Shown piece after piece: positions 13,038 to 21,890 of a stretch of DNA of 47,572 nucleotides; the first letter of the stretch is position 1, and each line of letters begins with the position of its first letter. Source of the DNA: an uncultured Actinomycetospora sp. (lineage in GTDB: Bacteria > Actinomycetota > Actinomycetes > Mycobacteriales > Pseudonocardiaceae). Location: assembly GCA_902805495.1 (NCBI GenBank), contig CADCTH010000288.1, positions 1 through 47,572 on the forward strand, given 5' to 3'. A program made the translations under genes and the position numbers. Below the pieces are notes generated by a model that ran no database searches, had not been told where the DNA came from, and worked only from the letters and a program-made list of their open reading frames with translations.

Positions 13038-14231
13038 ATGAAGACCATCACCATCGTCGGCGGGTCCGTCGCCGGGATCCGCTCCGCCGAGGCGCTGCGC
13101 CGGGCCGGCTTCGACGGGCACCTGGTCCTGGTCGGCGACGAGGCGCACCGGCCCTACGACCGCCCGCCGCTGTCGAAGGCGTTCCTCGCGGGGAGCGTCG
13201 ACGAGGACGCGATCGGGCTGGTGGACGAGGACGACGAGGTCTAGCTCGCCCTCGAGCTGCGCCTCGGCGCCACCGCGGAGCGCCTGGACCCCGCCGGACG
13301 CCGCGTCGTGCTCGCGGACGGCGGCGAGGTCGCCACGGACGGGGTCGTCATCGCCACCGGCGGGCGGGCCCGGCGTCTGCCGGGCACCGAGGGCGTCGAG
13401 GGCGTGCACACCCTGCGGACGCTCGACGACGCGGTCGCGTTGCGGCGGGACCTGCGGGACGGCTCGCCGCGCGTCGTGATCGTGGGCGGCGGCTTCATCG
13501 GCGCCGAGGTCGCGTCCACCTGTCGCGCGATGGGCCTGTCGGTCACCGTGCTCGACGGGCTGCCGCTGCCCCTGGCCCCCGTCCTCGGACCGCGGATCGC
13601 CCGCAGCTGCGTCGACCTGCACGCCGTCCACGGCACCGAGCTGCGGCCGGGCACCAGCGTGTCCGGGCTCGCGACGGTGCCCGCGGGCGACGGCGCCCGC
13701 CGCGTCGCCGGCGTGGAGCTCGGCGACGGCACCACCGTCGCGGCCGACGTCGTGATCGTGGGCATCGGGATCGTCCCGAACACCGGCTGGCTCGACGGGT
13801 CCGGCCTGACCGTCGACAACGGCGTGCGCACCGACGCCGGCATGGTCACCGACCTGCCCACCGTCGTCGCGGTCGGCGACGTCGCCCGCTGGTCCCACGG
13901 CGCGGACGCCCGCCGCCACGAGCACTGGACCAGCGCGGGGGAGCAGGCCGAGGTCGCGGCGGCCAACCTGCTCGCGGGCGGGCCGGGGGCGACCTTCCGT
14001 CCCAGCGGCTACGTCTGGTCCGAGCAGTACGGGCGGATGCTGCAGCTCGCGGGTCACCCGTCGGCGCACGACCGCGTCGAGATCGTCGACGGGGAGCCCG
14101 ACGGCGGGCGGTTCGTCGCGCGCTACGTCGACGGCGAGGGCACGACCACCGGCGTCTTCGCGATGGGCGACCCGCGGGCGTTCGGGCGCTTCCGCCGCAG
14201 CGAGCTCCGGCGTCCGGCCGCCGCCGCCTGA
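13038..14231 (+). pseudogene. NAD(P)H-ferredoxin reductase (glutathione-reductase type) interrupted by an in-frame TAG at 13242-13244
   Basis: ATG 13038 with GAGGAG RBS. IVGGSVAG, PYDRPPLSK, then TAG, then the same frame continues with VIATG, IVGGGFIGAE, AVGDVA, EHW, WSEQY. Confidence 0.85.
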
Positions 14232-14240
14232 CCGGGACCG

Positions 14241-15659
14241 TCAGCCGCCCGGCCGCTCCAGGGGGACCCCGTCGGGCGACAGGACCGGGGGCGGGAGGTC
14301 GGCGCTCGAGGTCAGCGGCGCGGCGCCGGCCAGGGGACGGCCCGAGGACTCGGTCAGGAACAGGACGCTGACCAGCCCGAGCACGCCGGCGGCGACGAGG
14401 TAGTAACCCGGCCAGTCGAGGTTCCCGGTCGCGGTCGTCGCCGCGGCGATGACGGCCGGCGCGGTGCCGGCGAACAGCGAGATCGAGACGTTGACGGTGA
14501 GGGCGAGCCCGCCGTAGCGCACGAGCGTGGGGAACATGGCCGGCAGCGTCGACGGGGCGACCGCGGCGAAGCACACCAGGCTCGCGCCCATGAGGGCGAG
14601 GCCCCCGAGCTGGCCGAGGACGCCCTGGCGCAGGAGCCAGACCGCCGGCAGCCCGAGGACGACGAGCGAGAGGCTCCCGGCGAACAGGATCGGCCGGCGC
14701 CCGACGCGGTCGGACAGCCGTCCCAGCGAGGTGATCACGAGCAGCATCGCCACCATCACCACCACCTGCAGCAGCGTCGACGTCGCCTCGCCGGTGCCGG
14801 TCCCGCCGTGCTCGGCGAGCGTGCTGGTGAGGTAGGTCGGCACGTAGTTGGTCAGCACGTAGTTGGTGATGTTCCAGGCGACGACGAGGCCGCCCGCGAC
14901 CACGAGCGCGCGCCGGTGGCGGACCCCGAGGATGTGGAGCGCCCGCCGCAGCGGCATGGTGGCCAGGGCGGGGGAGCGCGCCATGAGCTGGCGGAACGCG
15001 GGGGTGTCCTCGAGGCGCAGGCGCAGGTAGATGCCGGCGACGCCCAGGGGCAGGGCGAGCATGAACGGCAGCCGCCAGCCCCAGGCCAGGAGGGCGTCGT
15101 CGGGCAGCAGGCCGATGACGGAGGCGCTGACGGCTGCACCGAGCGTGTAGCCGGTGAGCGTGCCGAACTCCAGCCAGCTCCCGAACAGCCCCCGTCGCCG
15201 GTCCGGCGCGTACTCCGCGATGAGGGTCAGCGCGCCGGTGTACTCCCCGCCGGCGGAGAAGCCCTGCAGCAGCCGCATGACCAGCACCAGGACCGGGGCG
15301 GCGGCGCCGATCGCGCCGTGGTCGGGGATGAGCCCGAGCAGCACGGTGGCCGTCGCCATGAGCAGCACCGTCGCCGAGAGCACCCGGGTGCGGCCGATGC
15401 GGTCGCCGAGGGGGCCGAAGAACAGGCCGCCCAGCGGGCGCACGAGGAACGCCGCGGCGAAGGCGCCGAGCGTGTAGACGGTGGCCCACGGCCCGGCGTC
15501 GGGGAAGAACACCCGGCTCAGGACCGCTCCGGCCAGGTAGGAGTAGATCCCGAAGTCGTACCACTCGGCGACGTTGCCGATGGCCGCCGCGGCCGTGGCC
15601 CGGCGCAGGGTGTGCTCACCCTCGATCGCCCGCGCACCGCCGCCGCGACGTCCCGGCAC
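14241..15659 (-). CDS. MFS transporter, ProP/MHS family (probable betaine/proline:H+ symporter)
   Basis: GNVAEWYDFGIY, RPLGG..FGPLGDRIGR, QGFSAGGEY, WGWRLPF, LEDTPAF motifs. Confidence 0.9.
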   Translation of the reverse strand: MPGRRGGGARAIEGEHTLRRATAAAAIGNVAEWYDFGIYSYLAGAVLSRVFFPDAGPWATVYTLGAFAAAFLVRPLGGLFFGPLGDRIGRTRVLSATVLLMATATVLLGLIPDHGAIGAAAPVLVLVMRLLQGFSAGGEYTGALTLIAEYAPDRRRGLFGSWLEFGTLTGYTLGAAVSASVIGLLPDDALLAWGWRLPFMLALPLGVAGIYLRLRLEDTPAFRQLMARSPALATMPLRRALHILGVRHRRALVVAGGLVVAWNITNYVLTNYVPTYLTSTLAEHGGTGTGEATSTLLQVVVMVAMLLVITSLGRLSDRVGRRPILFAGSLSLVVLGLPAVWLLRQGVLGQLGGLALMGASLVCFAAVAPSTLPAMFPTLVRYGGLALTVNVSISLFAGTAPAVIAAATTATGNLDWPGYYLVAAGVLGLVSVLFLTESSGRPLAGAAPLTSSADLPPPVLSPDGVPLERPGG

Positions 15660-15686
15660 CTCGTCACCTCAAACTGCTGCACACGA

Positions 15687-15709
15687 ATGAAATATCAGCC
15701 ATGTATCAG
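15687..15709 (-). promoter_or_regulatory. Two CTGATA half-sites 11 bp apart upstream of the MFS gene (candidate GntR operator)
   Basis: TATCAG at 15693-15698 and 15704-15709 on the plus strand; the same CTGATA half-site occurs at 9082-9087. Confidence 0.45.
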
Positions 15710-15758
15710 TAACACTCCGCTGCTGGAACGAGTCAACCCCTGATGTCCCCTTCCCGTC

Positions 15759-15828
15759 TTGACGGCGCGATCTCCGAGCCTCACGATTAGTGTTGCGGAT
15801 AGCAAGACTCGATGCGCAGAGCGCAACA
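15759..15828 (+). promoter_or_regulatory. Promoter and 38-bp double-box operator of the ferredoxin gene
   Basis: TTGACG 15759-15764, N17, CACGAT 15782-15787. Operator 15791-15828: TGTTGCG-N5-CAAGACT + CGATGCG-N5-CGCAACA. Confidence 0.75.
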
Positions 15829-15837
15829 GGAGCAAGA

Positions 15838-16176
15838 ATGATCTACGTGGGCGAGATCGCTGACATCCCCGTCGGGGAGTCGGTCCGGATCCAGGGTTCG
15901 ATGGCGGCCATCGCGGTCTTCAACGTGGACGGTGAGCTCTACGCCATCGACGACACGTGCACCCACCAGGACGCGTCGCTGTCCGACGGCTGGCTCGAGG
16001 GGTGCGCGGTCGAGTGCCCGCTGCACGCCGCGTGCTTCGACCTGCGTACCGGGCGCCCGAGCGGCCCGCCGGCCAAGAAGGCGGTGCGCACCCACCAGGT
16101 GAACGTCTCCGACGGCGTCGTCTACGTGGACGACTCGGTGCGCGCGGGCGACCGGGAGCTGGCCGCCGCCGAGTAG
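15838..16176 (+). CDS. Rieske-type [2Fe-2S] ferredoxin (HcaC/BphF-like)
   Basis: ATG 15838 after AGGAG; DTCTH...VECPLH..CFDLRTG. Confidence 0.92.
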   Translation: MIYVGEIADIPVGESVRIQGSMAAIAVFNVDGELYAIDDTCTHQDASLSDGWLEGCAVECPLHAACFDLRTGRPSGPPAKKAVRTHQVNVSDGVVYVDDSVRAGDRELAAAE

Positions 16177-16183
16177 ACGCCCC

Positions 16184-16513
16184 TCAGGCCGGGACGACGG
16201 CCAGGGCCACGGCGTACACGGCGGTCCCGGCCGCCATGCTCAGCAGCGCGTTGCGGCGCCACAGGTGCACCGCGATCGTCACCAGCACCGGCACGAGCTC
16301 CCGCAGCGTGAGCAGGGGCCGGTCGACGGGGAGGTCCCGCAGCAGGTAGACGACCAGGATCAGCATCACGCCGGCGGGCAGGTGGCGGCCCAGGTAGGCC
16401 ACGAGGTCCGAGGAGCGCAACCTCGACAGGATCACGAAGGGCGCGGCGCGCAGGGCGAGGGTGATGGCCCCTGCTAGGGCGACGACGGCGGCCAGGTAGA
16501 GCGGGCTAGGCAT
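16184..16513 (-). CDS. azlD: AzlD-family branched-chain amino acid export protein
   Basis: T..LRAAPF, YLG..LP.GVM..LVVY, HLWRRNALLS..GT; overlaps azlC. Confidence 0.88.
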   Translation of the reverse strand: MPSPLYLAAVVALAGAITLALRAAPFVILSRLRSSDLVAYLGRHLPAGVMLILVVYLLRDLPVDRPLLTLRELVPVLVTIAVHLWRRNALLSMAAGTAVYAVALAVVPA

Positions 16514-17204
16514 CGGCGGACTCCCGGCGCGTGCGGCGGTACCGCACCAGCAGCACCGCGACGAACAGGCCCATCGCCACCAGCAGCATCTCGTCCGGGG
16601 CGACGAGCCGGGCGACCAGCGCGCCGGCGACGGCGAGCAGCGGCCCGATCGCCTCGCGGCCGGCGACGACCGCCTCGGTCGCGAGCACCACGAACAGCGC
16701 GGTGAACACGAAGTCCAGCGCCGGCACCCGCAGCGCGAACGTGTCGCCGGTGAGCGCGCCGAGGGTGCTGCCGCTGATCCAGCAGACCTGCAGGAGCACC
16801 TGGCTCCACAGGATGCGGCGGCCGGAGAGCACCGTGTCCGGGCGGGTGGTGGCGAGGGCGTAGGCCTCGTCGATGAGCGCGAACACCGCGTAGGCCCGGC
16901 CGAGGCGCCCGGGGATGCGGTGCAGCGGGAACGACAGGCCGTAGAACACGTGCCGGCCGTTGACGAGCAGCGTGGTCACCGCGACCGCGGCGAGCGCGGT
17001 CCCGGCGACGGCGAGCGCGACGAGCAGGAACTCCATCGACCCCGCGAAGACGACGCCGCTGAAGATCGGGGCCCACCACCAGGCCAGGCCGGACCCGACC
17101 ACCAGCAGTCCGAAGCTCGTGCCGAGCAGGAACATCCCCGCCCCGATGCCGGCGACGTCCGCCGCGGCGGCCCTCAGGTCGCCGGGCCACGACCTCCCTG
17201 TCAC
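16506..17204 (-). CDS. azlC: AzlC-family permease
   Basis: SFGLL, FAGSMEF, LLVNGRHVFYG, LIDEAYA, DFVFTALF motifs. Confidence 0.9.
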   Translation of the reverse strand: MTGRSWPGDLRAAAADVAGIGAGMFLLGTSFGLLVVGSGLAWWWAPIFSGVVFAGSMEFLLVALAVAGTALAAVAVTTLLVNGRHVFYGLSFPLHRIPGRLGRAYAVFALIDEAYALATTRPDTVLSGRRILWSQVLLQVCWISGSTLGALTGDTFALRVPALDFVFTALFVVLATEAVVAGREAIGPLLAVAGALVARLVAPDEMLLVAMGLFVAVLLVRYRRTRRESADA

Positions 17205-17284
17205 GACGGCAATGCTAGGGCGGGGACGACGCCACGCGATGGCGATTCCCGGTCGTCCGGGCGCAGGAATGGCACGATCCGTGC

Positions 17285-17716
17285 GTGGATCGCATCGATC
17301 GCGCCATCATCGACGTGCTGCGCGCCGACGCCCGGGTCGCGAACGTCGACCTGGCCGAGCGCGTCGGGCTGACCCCGGCGCCCTGCCTGCGCCGGGTGCG
17401 CCGCCTCGAGGACGCGGGCGTGATCACCGGCTACCGCGCCGCGATCGACCCCCGGGTCGACGGGCGTGGCTTCGAGGTCCTGGTCAACGTCGACCTGGTC
17501 AGCAAGGATCGCGACGCCTTCCTGGCGTTCGAGGAGCAGGTGGCCGCGTTCGACGAGGTCGTCGAGCTGCGGCGCATGTTCGGCCTGCCCGACTACTTCG
17601 TGCGGGTCGCGGTCCGCGACCTCGAGGCCTACGAGGCGTTCGTGACCGACCGGCTCGGCAGGGCGTCGGGCCTCGCCCGCATCGACTCGCACCTCACGAT
17701 GAAGAAGATCAAGTAG
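17285..17716 (+). CDS. Lrp/AsnC-family regulator, divergent from azlCD
   Basis: MDRIDRAII..LR.DAR..N..LAERVGLT..PCLRRV.RLE..GVI.GY; G..DY. Confidence 0.93.
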   Translation: MDRIDRAIIDVLRADARVANVDLAERVGLTPAPCLRRVRRLEDAGVITGYRAAIDPRVDGRGFEVLVNVDLVSKDRDAFLAFEEQVAAFDEVVELRRMFGLPDYFVRVAVRDLEAYEAFVTDRLGRASGLARIDSHLTMKKIK

Positions 17717-17754
17717 GCGCGGAACAGCCTCCGGCCGGCGGCGGTTCCCCGACC

Positions 17755-18417
17755 ATGAGGATCGGGATCATCGGGGCAGGCTTGATCGGCGGGACGTTGA
17801 CGCGGCGGCTGACGGCGCTCGGTCACGAGGTCCGCGTGGCGAACTCCCGGGCGCCCGAGACGCTGGCCGACCTCGCCGCGGAGACCGGGGCGACGGCCGT
17901 GTGGGCGCGCGAGGCCGCGGTCGACGCCGACGTCGTGATCGTGAGCATCCCGCAGAAGAACACCCCGGATCTCGAGCCGGGCATCGTGGCCTCGGCCCGC
18001 GCGGGCGCCCCGGTGATCGAGACCAACAACTACTACCCGCAGCAGCGCGACGGCCGGATCGCGGCGCTGGAGGACGGCACCCCCGAGAGCGTGTGGGTCG
18101 CCGAGATCCTCGGCGCGCCGGTCCACAAGGTGTTCAACGGGATCTGGTGGAAGCACCTGCTCGAGCGCGGCGTGCCGCGCGGGACCGCCGGGCGCATCGC
18201 CCTCCCGGTCGCCGGCGCGGACGGCCCGGCCAAGGACACCGTGTTCGCGCTGGTCGACGAGCTGGGCTTCGACCCCGTCGACGGCGGGACTCTCGAGGAG
18301 TCCTGGCGCCAGCAGCCCGGCACCCCGGTCTACGGCCAGGACCTCGACGCCGAGGGCACGCGCGCCGCGCTCGCCAGGGCGTCGAAGGAGCGTCCCGCGG
18401 AGTTCCGGGCGGCCTGA
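17755..18417 (+). CDS. NADP oxidoreductase, F420-dependent family (Rossmann fold)
   Basis: MRIGIIGAGLIG, ANSR, NNYYP.RDG, KVFN, R.ALPVAG, GFDPVD.G.L.ESWRQQPG. Confidence 0.85.
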   Translation: MRIGIIGAGLIGGTLTRRLTALGHEVRVANSRAPETLADLAAETGATAVWAREAAVDADVVIVSIPQKNTPDLEPGIVASARAGAPVIETNNYYPQQRDGRIAALEDGTPESVWVAEILGAPVHKVFNGIWWKHLLERGVPRGTAGRIALPVAGADGPAKDTVFALVDELGFDPVDGGTLEESWRQQPGTPVYGQDLDAEGTRAALARASKERPAEFRAA

Positions 18418-18430
18418 TCCCGGGCGACGG

Positions 18431-19459
18431 TCAGGCGGGCGACACCGGGGGGAGCTCGACGACCTGCGCGGCGTAGGTGAGACCCGCGCCGAAGCCGCAG
18501 AGCAGGGCGAGGTCGCCGGGGCGGGCGTCGCCGTCGGTCAGCAGCGCGTGCAGGGCGAGGGGGACCGAGGCCGCGGAGGTGTTGCCGGTGCCGGTCACGT
18601 CGCGGGCGACGGCGACGTGGTCGGGGATGTCGAGCGCACGCACGAGGGCGTCGGTGATGCGGTTGTTGGCCTGGTGCGGCACGAAGGCGGCGAGGTCGTC
18701 GACGCCGACCCCGGCGGCGGCCAGCGCCTTCCCGGCGACCGGCGCGATCTCCGTGCTGGCCCAGCGGAACACCGCGGGGCCCTGCATCCGCAGCCCGGGC
18801 ACGCCCTCGCCCGCGGGCCCGTCCACGGGGTCGGCCGGGGCGGGGGCGTGGACGATGAGGTCGGACTGGCCGCCGTCACTGCCCCACACGACGGGACCGA
18901 TGCCCGTCGTCTCGCCCGGACCGACGACCACCGCACCGGCACCGTCGCCGAACAGGAACGCGGTACCGCGGTCGGTCGGGTCGAGCAGGTCGCTCATGCG
19001 CTCGACCCCGACGACGAGGACGTGGCGGGCGGTGCCCGCGACGACGAGCGCGGCGGCGGTCTCGAGGCCGTAGCAGAACCCCGAGCACGCGGCGCCGAGG
19101 TCGAAGGCCGGCGCGGTGGTACCGAGCTCGGCGGCGACGCGGGGGGCGACCTGGGGGCAGGCGGTGTCGGCCGACATCGTCGCCACGAGCACGACGTCGA
19201 CCGCGGCCACGGTCAGCCCGGCGGCGGCGAGCGCGTCGCCGGCCGCGGCGGTGGACATGGCCACGACGGTCTCGTCGGCGCCGGCGAAGCGCCGGGTGCG
19301 GATGCCGGAGCGGGCGAACACCCAGTCGGCGTCGGCGCCCGCGATCGGCGCGCAGACCTCGGCGTTGTCCACCACCCGCCGGGGCCGGTACGCCCCCGCC
19401 CCGAGCAGCCGCGCTCCCCGCGCGGTGGTGGGGCGGTCGGCGATCGGGACTCGGGGCAC
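18431..19459 (-). CDS. fabH: Beta-ketoacyl-ACP synthase III (FabH family)
   Basis: Catalytic triad motifs AACSGF, PHQAN, GNTSAAS; LFGDGAGA; GFGAGL. Not in a fab operon, so probably a paralogue. Confidence 0.88.
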   Translation of the reverse strand: MPRVPIADRPTTARGARLLGAGAYRPRRVVDNAEVCAPIAGADADWVFARSGIRTRRFAGADETVVAMSTAAAGDALAAAGLTVAAVDVVLVATMSADTACPQVAPRVAAELGTTAPAFDLGAACSGFCYGLETAAALVVAGTARHVLVVGVERMSDLLDPTDRGTAFLFGDGAGAVVVGPGETTGIGPVVWGSDGGQSDLIVHAPAPADPVDGPAGEGVPGLRMQGPAVFRWASTEIAPVAGKALAAAGVGVDDLAAFVPHQANNRITDALVRALDIPDHVAVARDVTGTGNTSAASVPLALHALLTDGDARPGDLALLCGFGAGLTYAAQVVELPPVSPA

Positions 19460-19630
19460 GGAGGACCCTCCACGGCGGTGCGGTCACGCCGTGGTCGACG
19501 ACGCCGACCTCCACCATGCGGGCCGGTCGTGGTTACTCGGAAGTCCTACTATCCGGTACGGCGATGGCGCTGCTCACATGCGCGGGTCGCCCGGGACCAC
19601 GCCCAGTGTGACCCACGGCACGCCGGGGTC

Positions 19631-19657
19631 CGTCACGCTGGGGTGCCCCGCGTCGTC
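19631..19657 (+). promoter_or_regulatory. Candidate ECF41 (SigJ-type) promoter CGTCACG-N16-CGTC
   Basis: Matches the ECF41 consensus TGTCACA-N16-CGTC with exact spacing, upstream of the operon containing the ECF41 gene. Confidence 0.6.
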
Positions 19658-19697
19658 GAGGGGGTGGACCCGCAGCAGACCCCCCGGAGGTGACGGC

Positions 19698-20156
19698 GTG
19701 ACGGCGTTCGAGTTCGCCGACGGTCAGCGCATCACGGTCGAGGCGTCGGCGCCCGACTTCGTGTTCTCGGCGGTCCTGCCGCCCCGCCACAGCGGCCCGC
19801 CGGCGCACCGCCACCGCCACGAGACCGAGGTGTTCACCGTCGTGTCCGGGCGGCTGCTGGTCCGCCGCGGGCGGGAGCGTCGCCTGGTGCTGCCCGGGGA
19901 GTCGGTGAGCGTGCCCCCGGGCACCACGCACGCCTTCGCCAACCCGGGCGACGAGCCGGTCCGGTTCCGCACCGTCGAAACGCCGGCGGGCCCGCTGCAG
20001 GAGCAGCTGCGCGCTCTGGCCGCCGCGCCGGGCCGCCCGCCGCTGCGCGAGCTCGCCCGCATCAACGCCGCCCACGACCTGTCGTTCACGGTCGCCGGCC
20101 TGCCCGACGGTCTCCAGCGCGCGCTGTGGTGGCTGCTGGCGCGGGCGGCCCGGTGA
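19698..20156 (+). CDS. Cupin-domain protein
   Basis: GGAGG RBS and GTG; PPAHRHRHETEVFTVVSG and VPPGTTHAFAN cupin motifs. Confidence 0.85.
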   Translation: MTAFEFADGQRITVEASAPDFVFSAVLPPRHSGPPAHRHRHETEVFTVVSGRLLVRRGRERRLVLPGESVSVPPGTTHAFANPGDEPVRFRTVETPAGPLQEQLRALAAAPGRPPLRELARINAAHDLSFTVAGLPDGLQRALWWLLARAAR

Positions 20157-20986
20157 CCGCCGTACGTGTCGCCACCTGGAACCTCTGGTGGCGTTTCGGC
20201 GACCCCGACGGCCGGCGCCCCGCGATCGCCGCGGCCCTGCGGGCGCTGGACGCCGACGTCGTCGGGCTGCAGGAGGTCTGGTCGCGCGGGGACGAGCACC
20301 TCGCCGCGGGGCTCGCCGGCGAGCTCGACCGGCACGTCGCGTTCGCCGGGGTGGCCGACGCCTCGCCGTGGACGAGGCGCCTCGGCGACGACTCGTGGGG
20401 CCTGGGCAACGCGGTCCTCAGCCGGTGGCCCCTGCGCGAGGTCCACACCGAGACCCTGCCGAGCGGGGACGGGCCGGCCGCGCAGGTGCTGCTCAGCGCG
20501 GTGGTCGACACGCCCGCCGGGTCGCTGCGCGTCGTGGTGACCCACCTGGCATCGGCCCTGACCGCCTCGGCGCTGCGGGTGGCGCAGGTACGGGCGATCG
20601 TGCGCCACGTCGCGACGGCGGGGGAGACCGACCTGCCGCCGGTGGTCGTCGGCGACCTCAACGCCGAGCCCGCGTCGGACGAGGTGCGGCTGCTCGAAGG
20701 TCACCTCACCGCCCCGGCCGAGCCGGGCCTGCTCCTCGCCGACACCTGGCGCTGGGCGAGCGGTCCGGATCGCCTCGACGGCGCCACCTGGCGGCGCGAG
20801 AACCCGTACGTCGCCGCCCGCGGCGAACCGCCCTCGCGCGTCGACTACGTGCTGCTCGGGCTGGGGCGCGGCACGGTGCCCGTCGCGGTGGAGCGCGTCG
20901 GGCTCTTCGCCGACCGGCCGCCGGCCACGGGCGCGTGGCCGTCGGACCACGCCGGCGTCGTCGTCGACCTGCGGGCGCAGCGGTGA
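20153..20986 (+). CDS. Endonuclease/exonuclease/phosphatase family protein
   Basis: GTGA overlap; ATWNL, DVVGLQE, GNAVLSR, THL, GDLNA, RVDY, SDH motifs. Confidence 0.9.
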   Translation: MTAVRVATWNLWWRFGDPDGRRPAIAAALRALDADVVGLQEVWSRGDEHLAAGLAGELDRHVAFAGVADASPWTRRLGDDSWGLGNAVLSRWPLREVHTETLPSGDGPAAQVLLSAVVDTPAGSLRVVVTHLASALTASALRVAQVRAIVRHVATAGETDLPPVVVGDLNAEPASDEVRLLEGHLTAPAEPGLLLADTWRWASGPDRLDGATWRRENPYVAARGEPPSRVDYVLLGLGRGTVPVAVERVGLFADRPPATGAWPSDHAGVVVDLRAQR

Positions 20987-21885
20987 CCCGCCCGTCGGCG
21001 GTCGACGACCCGGCCGCGGTCTTCGACGCCCACCGGCCCCGGCTGTTCGGGCTGGCCTACCGGCTGCTCGGGTCGGCCACGGATGCCGAGGAGGTCGTCC
21101 AGGAGGCGTTCCTGCGCTGGTACCGGGCCGACCGCGCGGCGATCGCGGTGCCCGCCGCCTGGCTCGGCACCGTCGTCACCCGCCTCGGCCTCGACGTGCT
21201 GGCGGCGGCCCGCCGGCGCCGCGAGGTCTACCCCGGCCCGTGGCTTCCCGAGCCCGTCCTCACGGAGTCGGGCGCGCTCGGCCCGCTGGAGAGCGCCGAG
21301 CAGCGGGAGTCGGTGTCGGTCGGCCTGCTCACCCTGCTCGAGGGCCTCAGCCCGCCCGAGCGCGCGGTGTTCGTGCTGCACGAGGCGTTCGGCTACCGCC
21401 ACCGCGACATCGCCGAGGCGCTCGAGGCCGACGAGGCCACCTGCCGGCAGTGGCTGCGCCGCGCCCGGCAGCACCTCGAGCGCGGCCGGCCCCGGTTCGC
21501 CGTCGACCGCGCCCAGCACCGCCGGATCGTCGAGCGCTTCCTCGCCGCCACCGGCGAGGGCGACGTCGAGGGCCTGACCCGCCTGCTGGCGCAGGACGTC
21601 GTGTCCTGGGCCGACGGTGGCGGCGCGCACGCCGCGCGCCACCCGGTGCGGGGCCGCGAGCGCGTGGTGCGCTACGTCGGCGGCCTGTTCGCCCGGCCCG
21701 AGGCCGAGGGCGTCGCCGTCGCCGTCGTCGAGGTGAACGGGGAGCCGGCCGCGGTGATCCGGCGCGGCGACGCCGTGCTGGCCGTCGTCGCCCTCGAGAC
21801 CGACGGCGACGAGATCACGACCGTCCGCCTGCTCGTGAGCCCGCCGAAGCTCGCCGTCCTCGCCCGCCAGCTGACCCCGAGGTGA
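20983..21885 (+). CDS. ECF41 (SigJ-like) sigma factor with SnoaL-like C-terminal extension
   Basis: GTGA overlap; LAYRLLGS..DAEE.VQE, YPGPWLPEP, LSPPERAVFVLHEAF, DGGG, terminal SPPKL (variant of NPxKL). Confidence 0.92.
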   Translation: MTRPSAVDDPAAVFDAHRPRLFGLAYRLLGSATDAEEVVQEAFLRWYRADRAAIAVPAAWLGTVVTRLGLDVLAAARRRREVYPGPWLPEPVLTESGALGPLESAEQRESVSVGLLTLLEGLSPPERAVFVLHEAFGYRHRDIAEALEADEATCRQWLRRARQHLERGRPRFAVDRAQHRRIVERFLAATGEGDVEGLTRLLAQDVVSWADGGGAHAARHPVRGRERVVRYVGGLFARPEAEGVAVAVVEVNGEPAAVIRRGDAVLAVVALETDGDEITTVRLLVSPPKLAVLARQLTPR

Positions 21886-21890
21886 TCACC

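Noticed and set aside
13242-13244. Pyrrolysine or selenocysteine recoding of the reductase stop
   Set aside because: Sec uses TGA, not TAG. No pyl genes are in the window and the position is not a catalytic site.
19587-19613. Minus-strand GGTCACA as an ECF41 -35 for fabH
   Set aside because: The sequence 16 nt downstream is GCGA, not CGTC.
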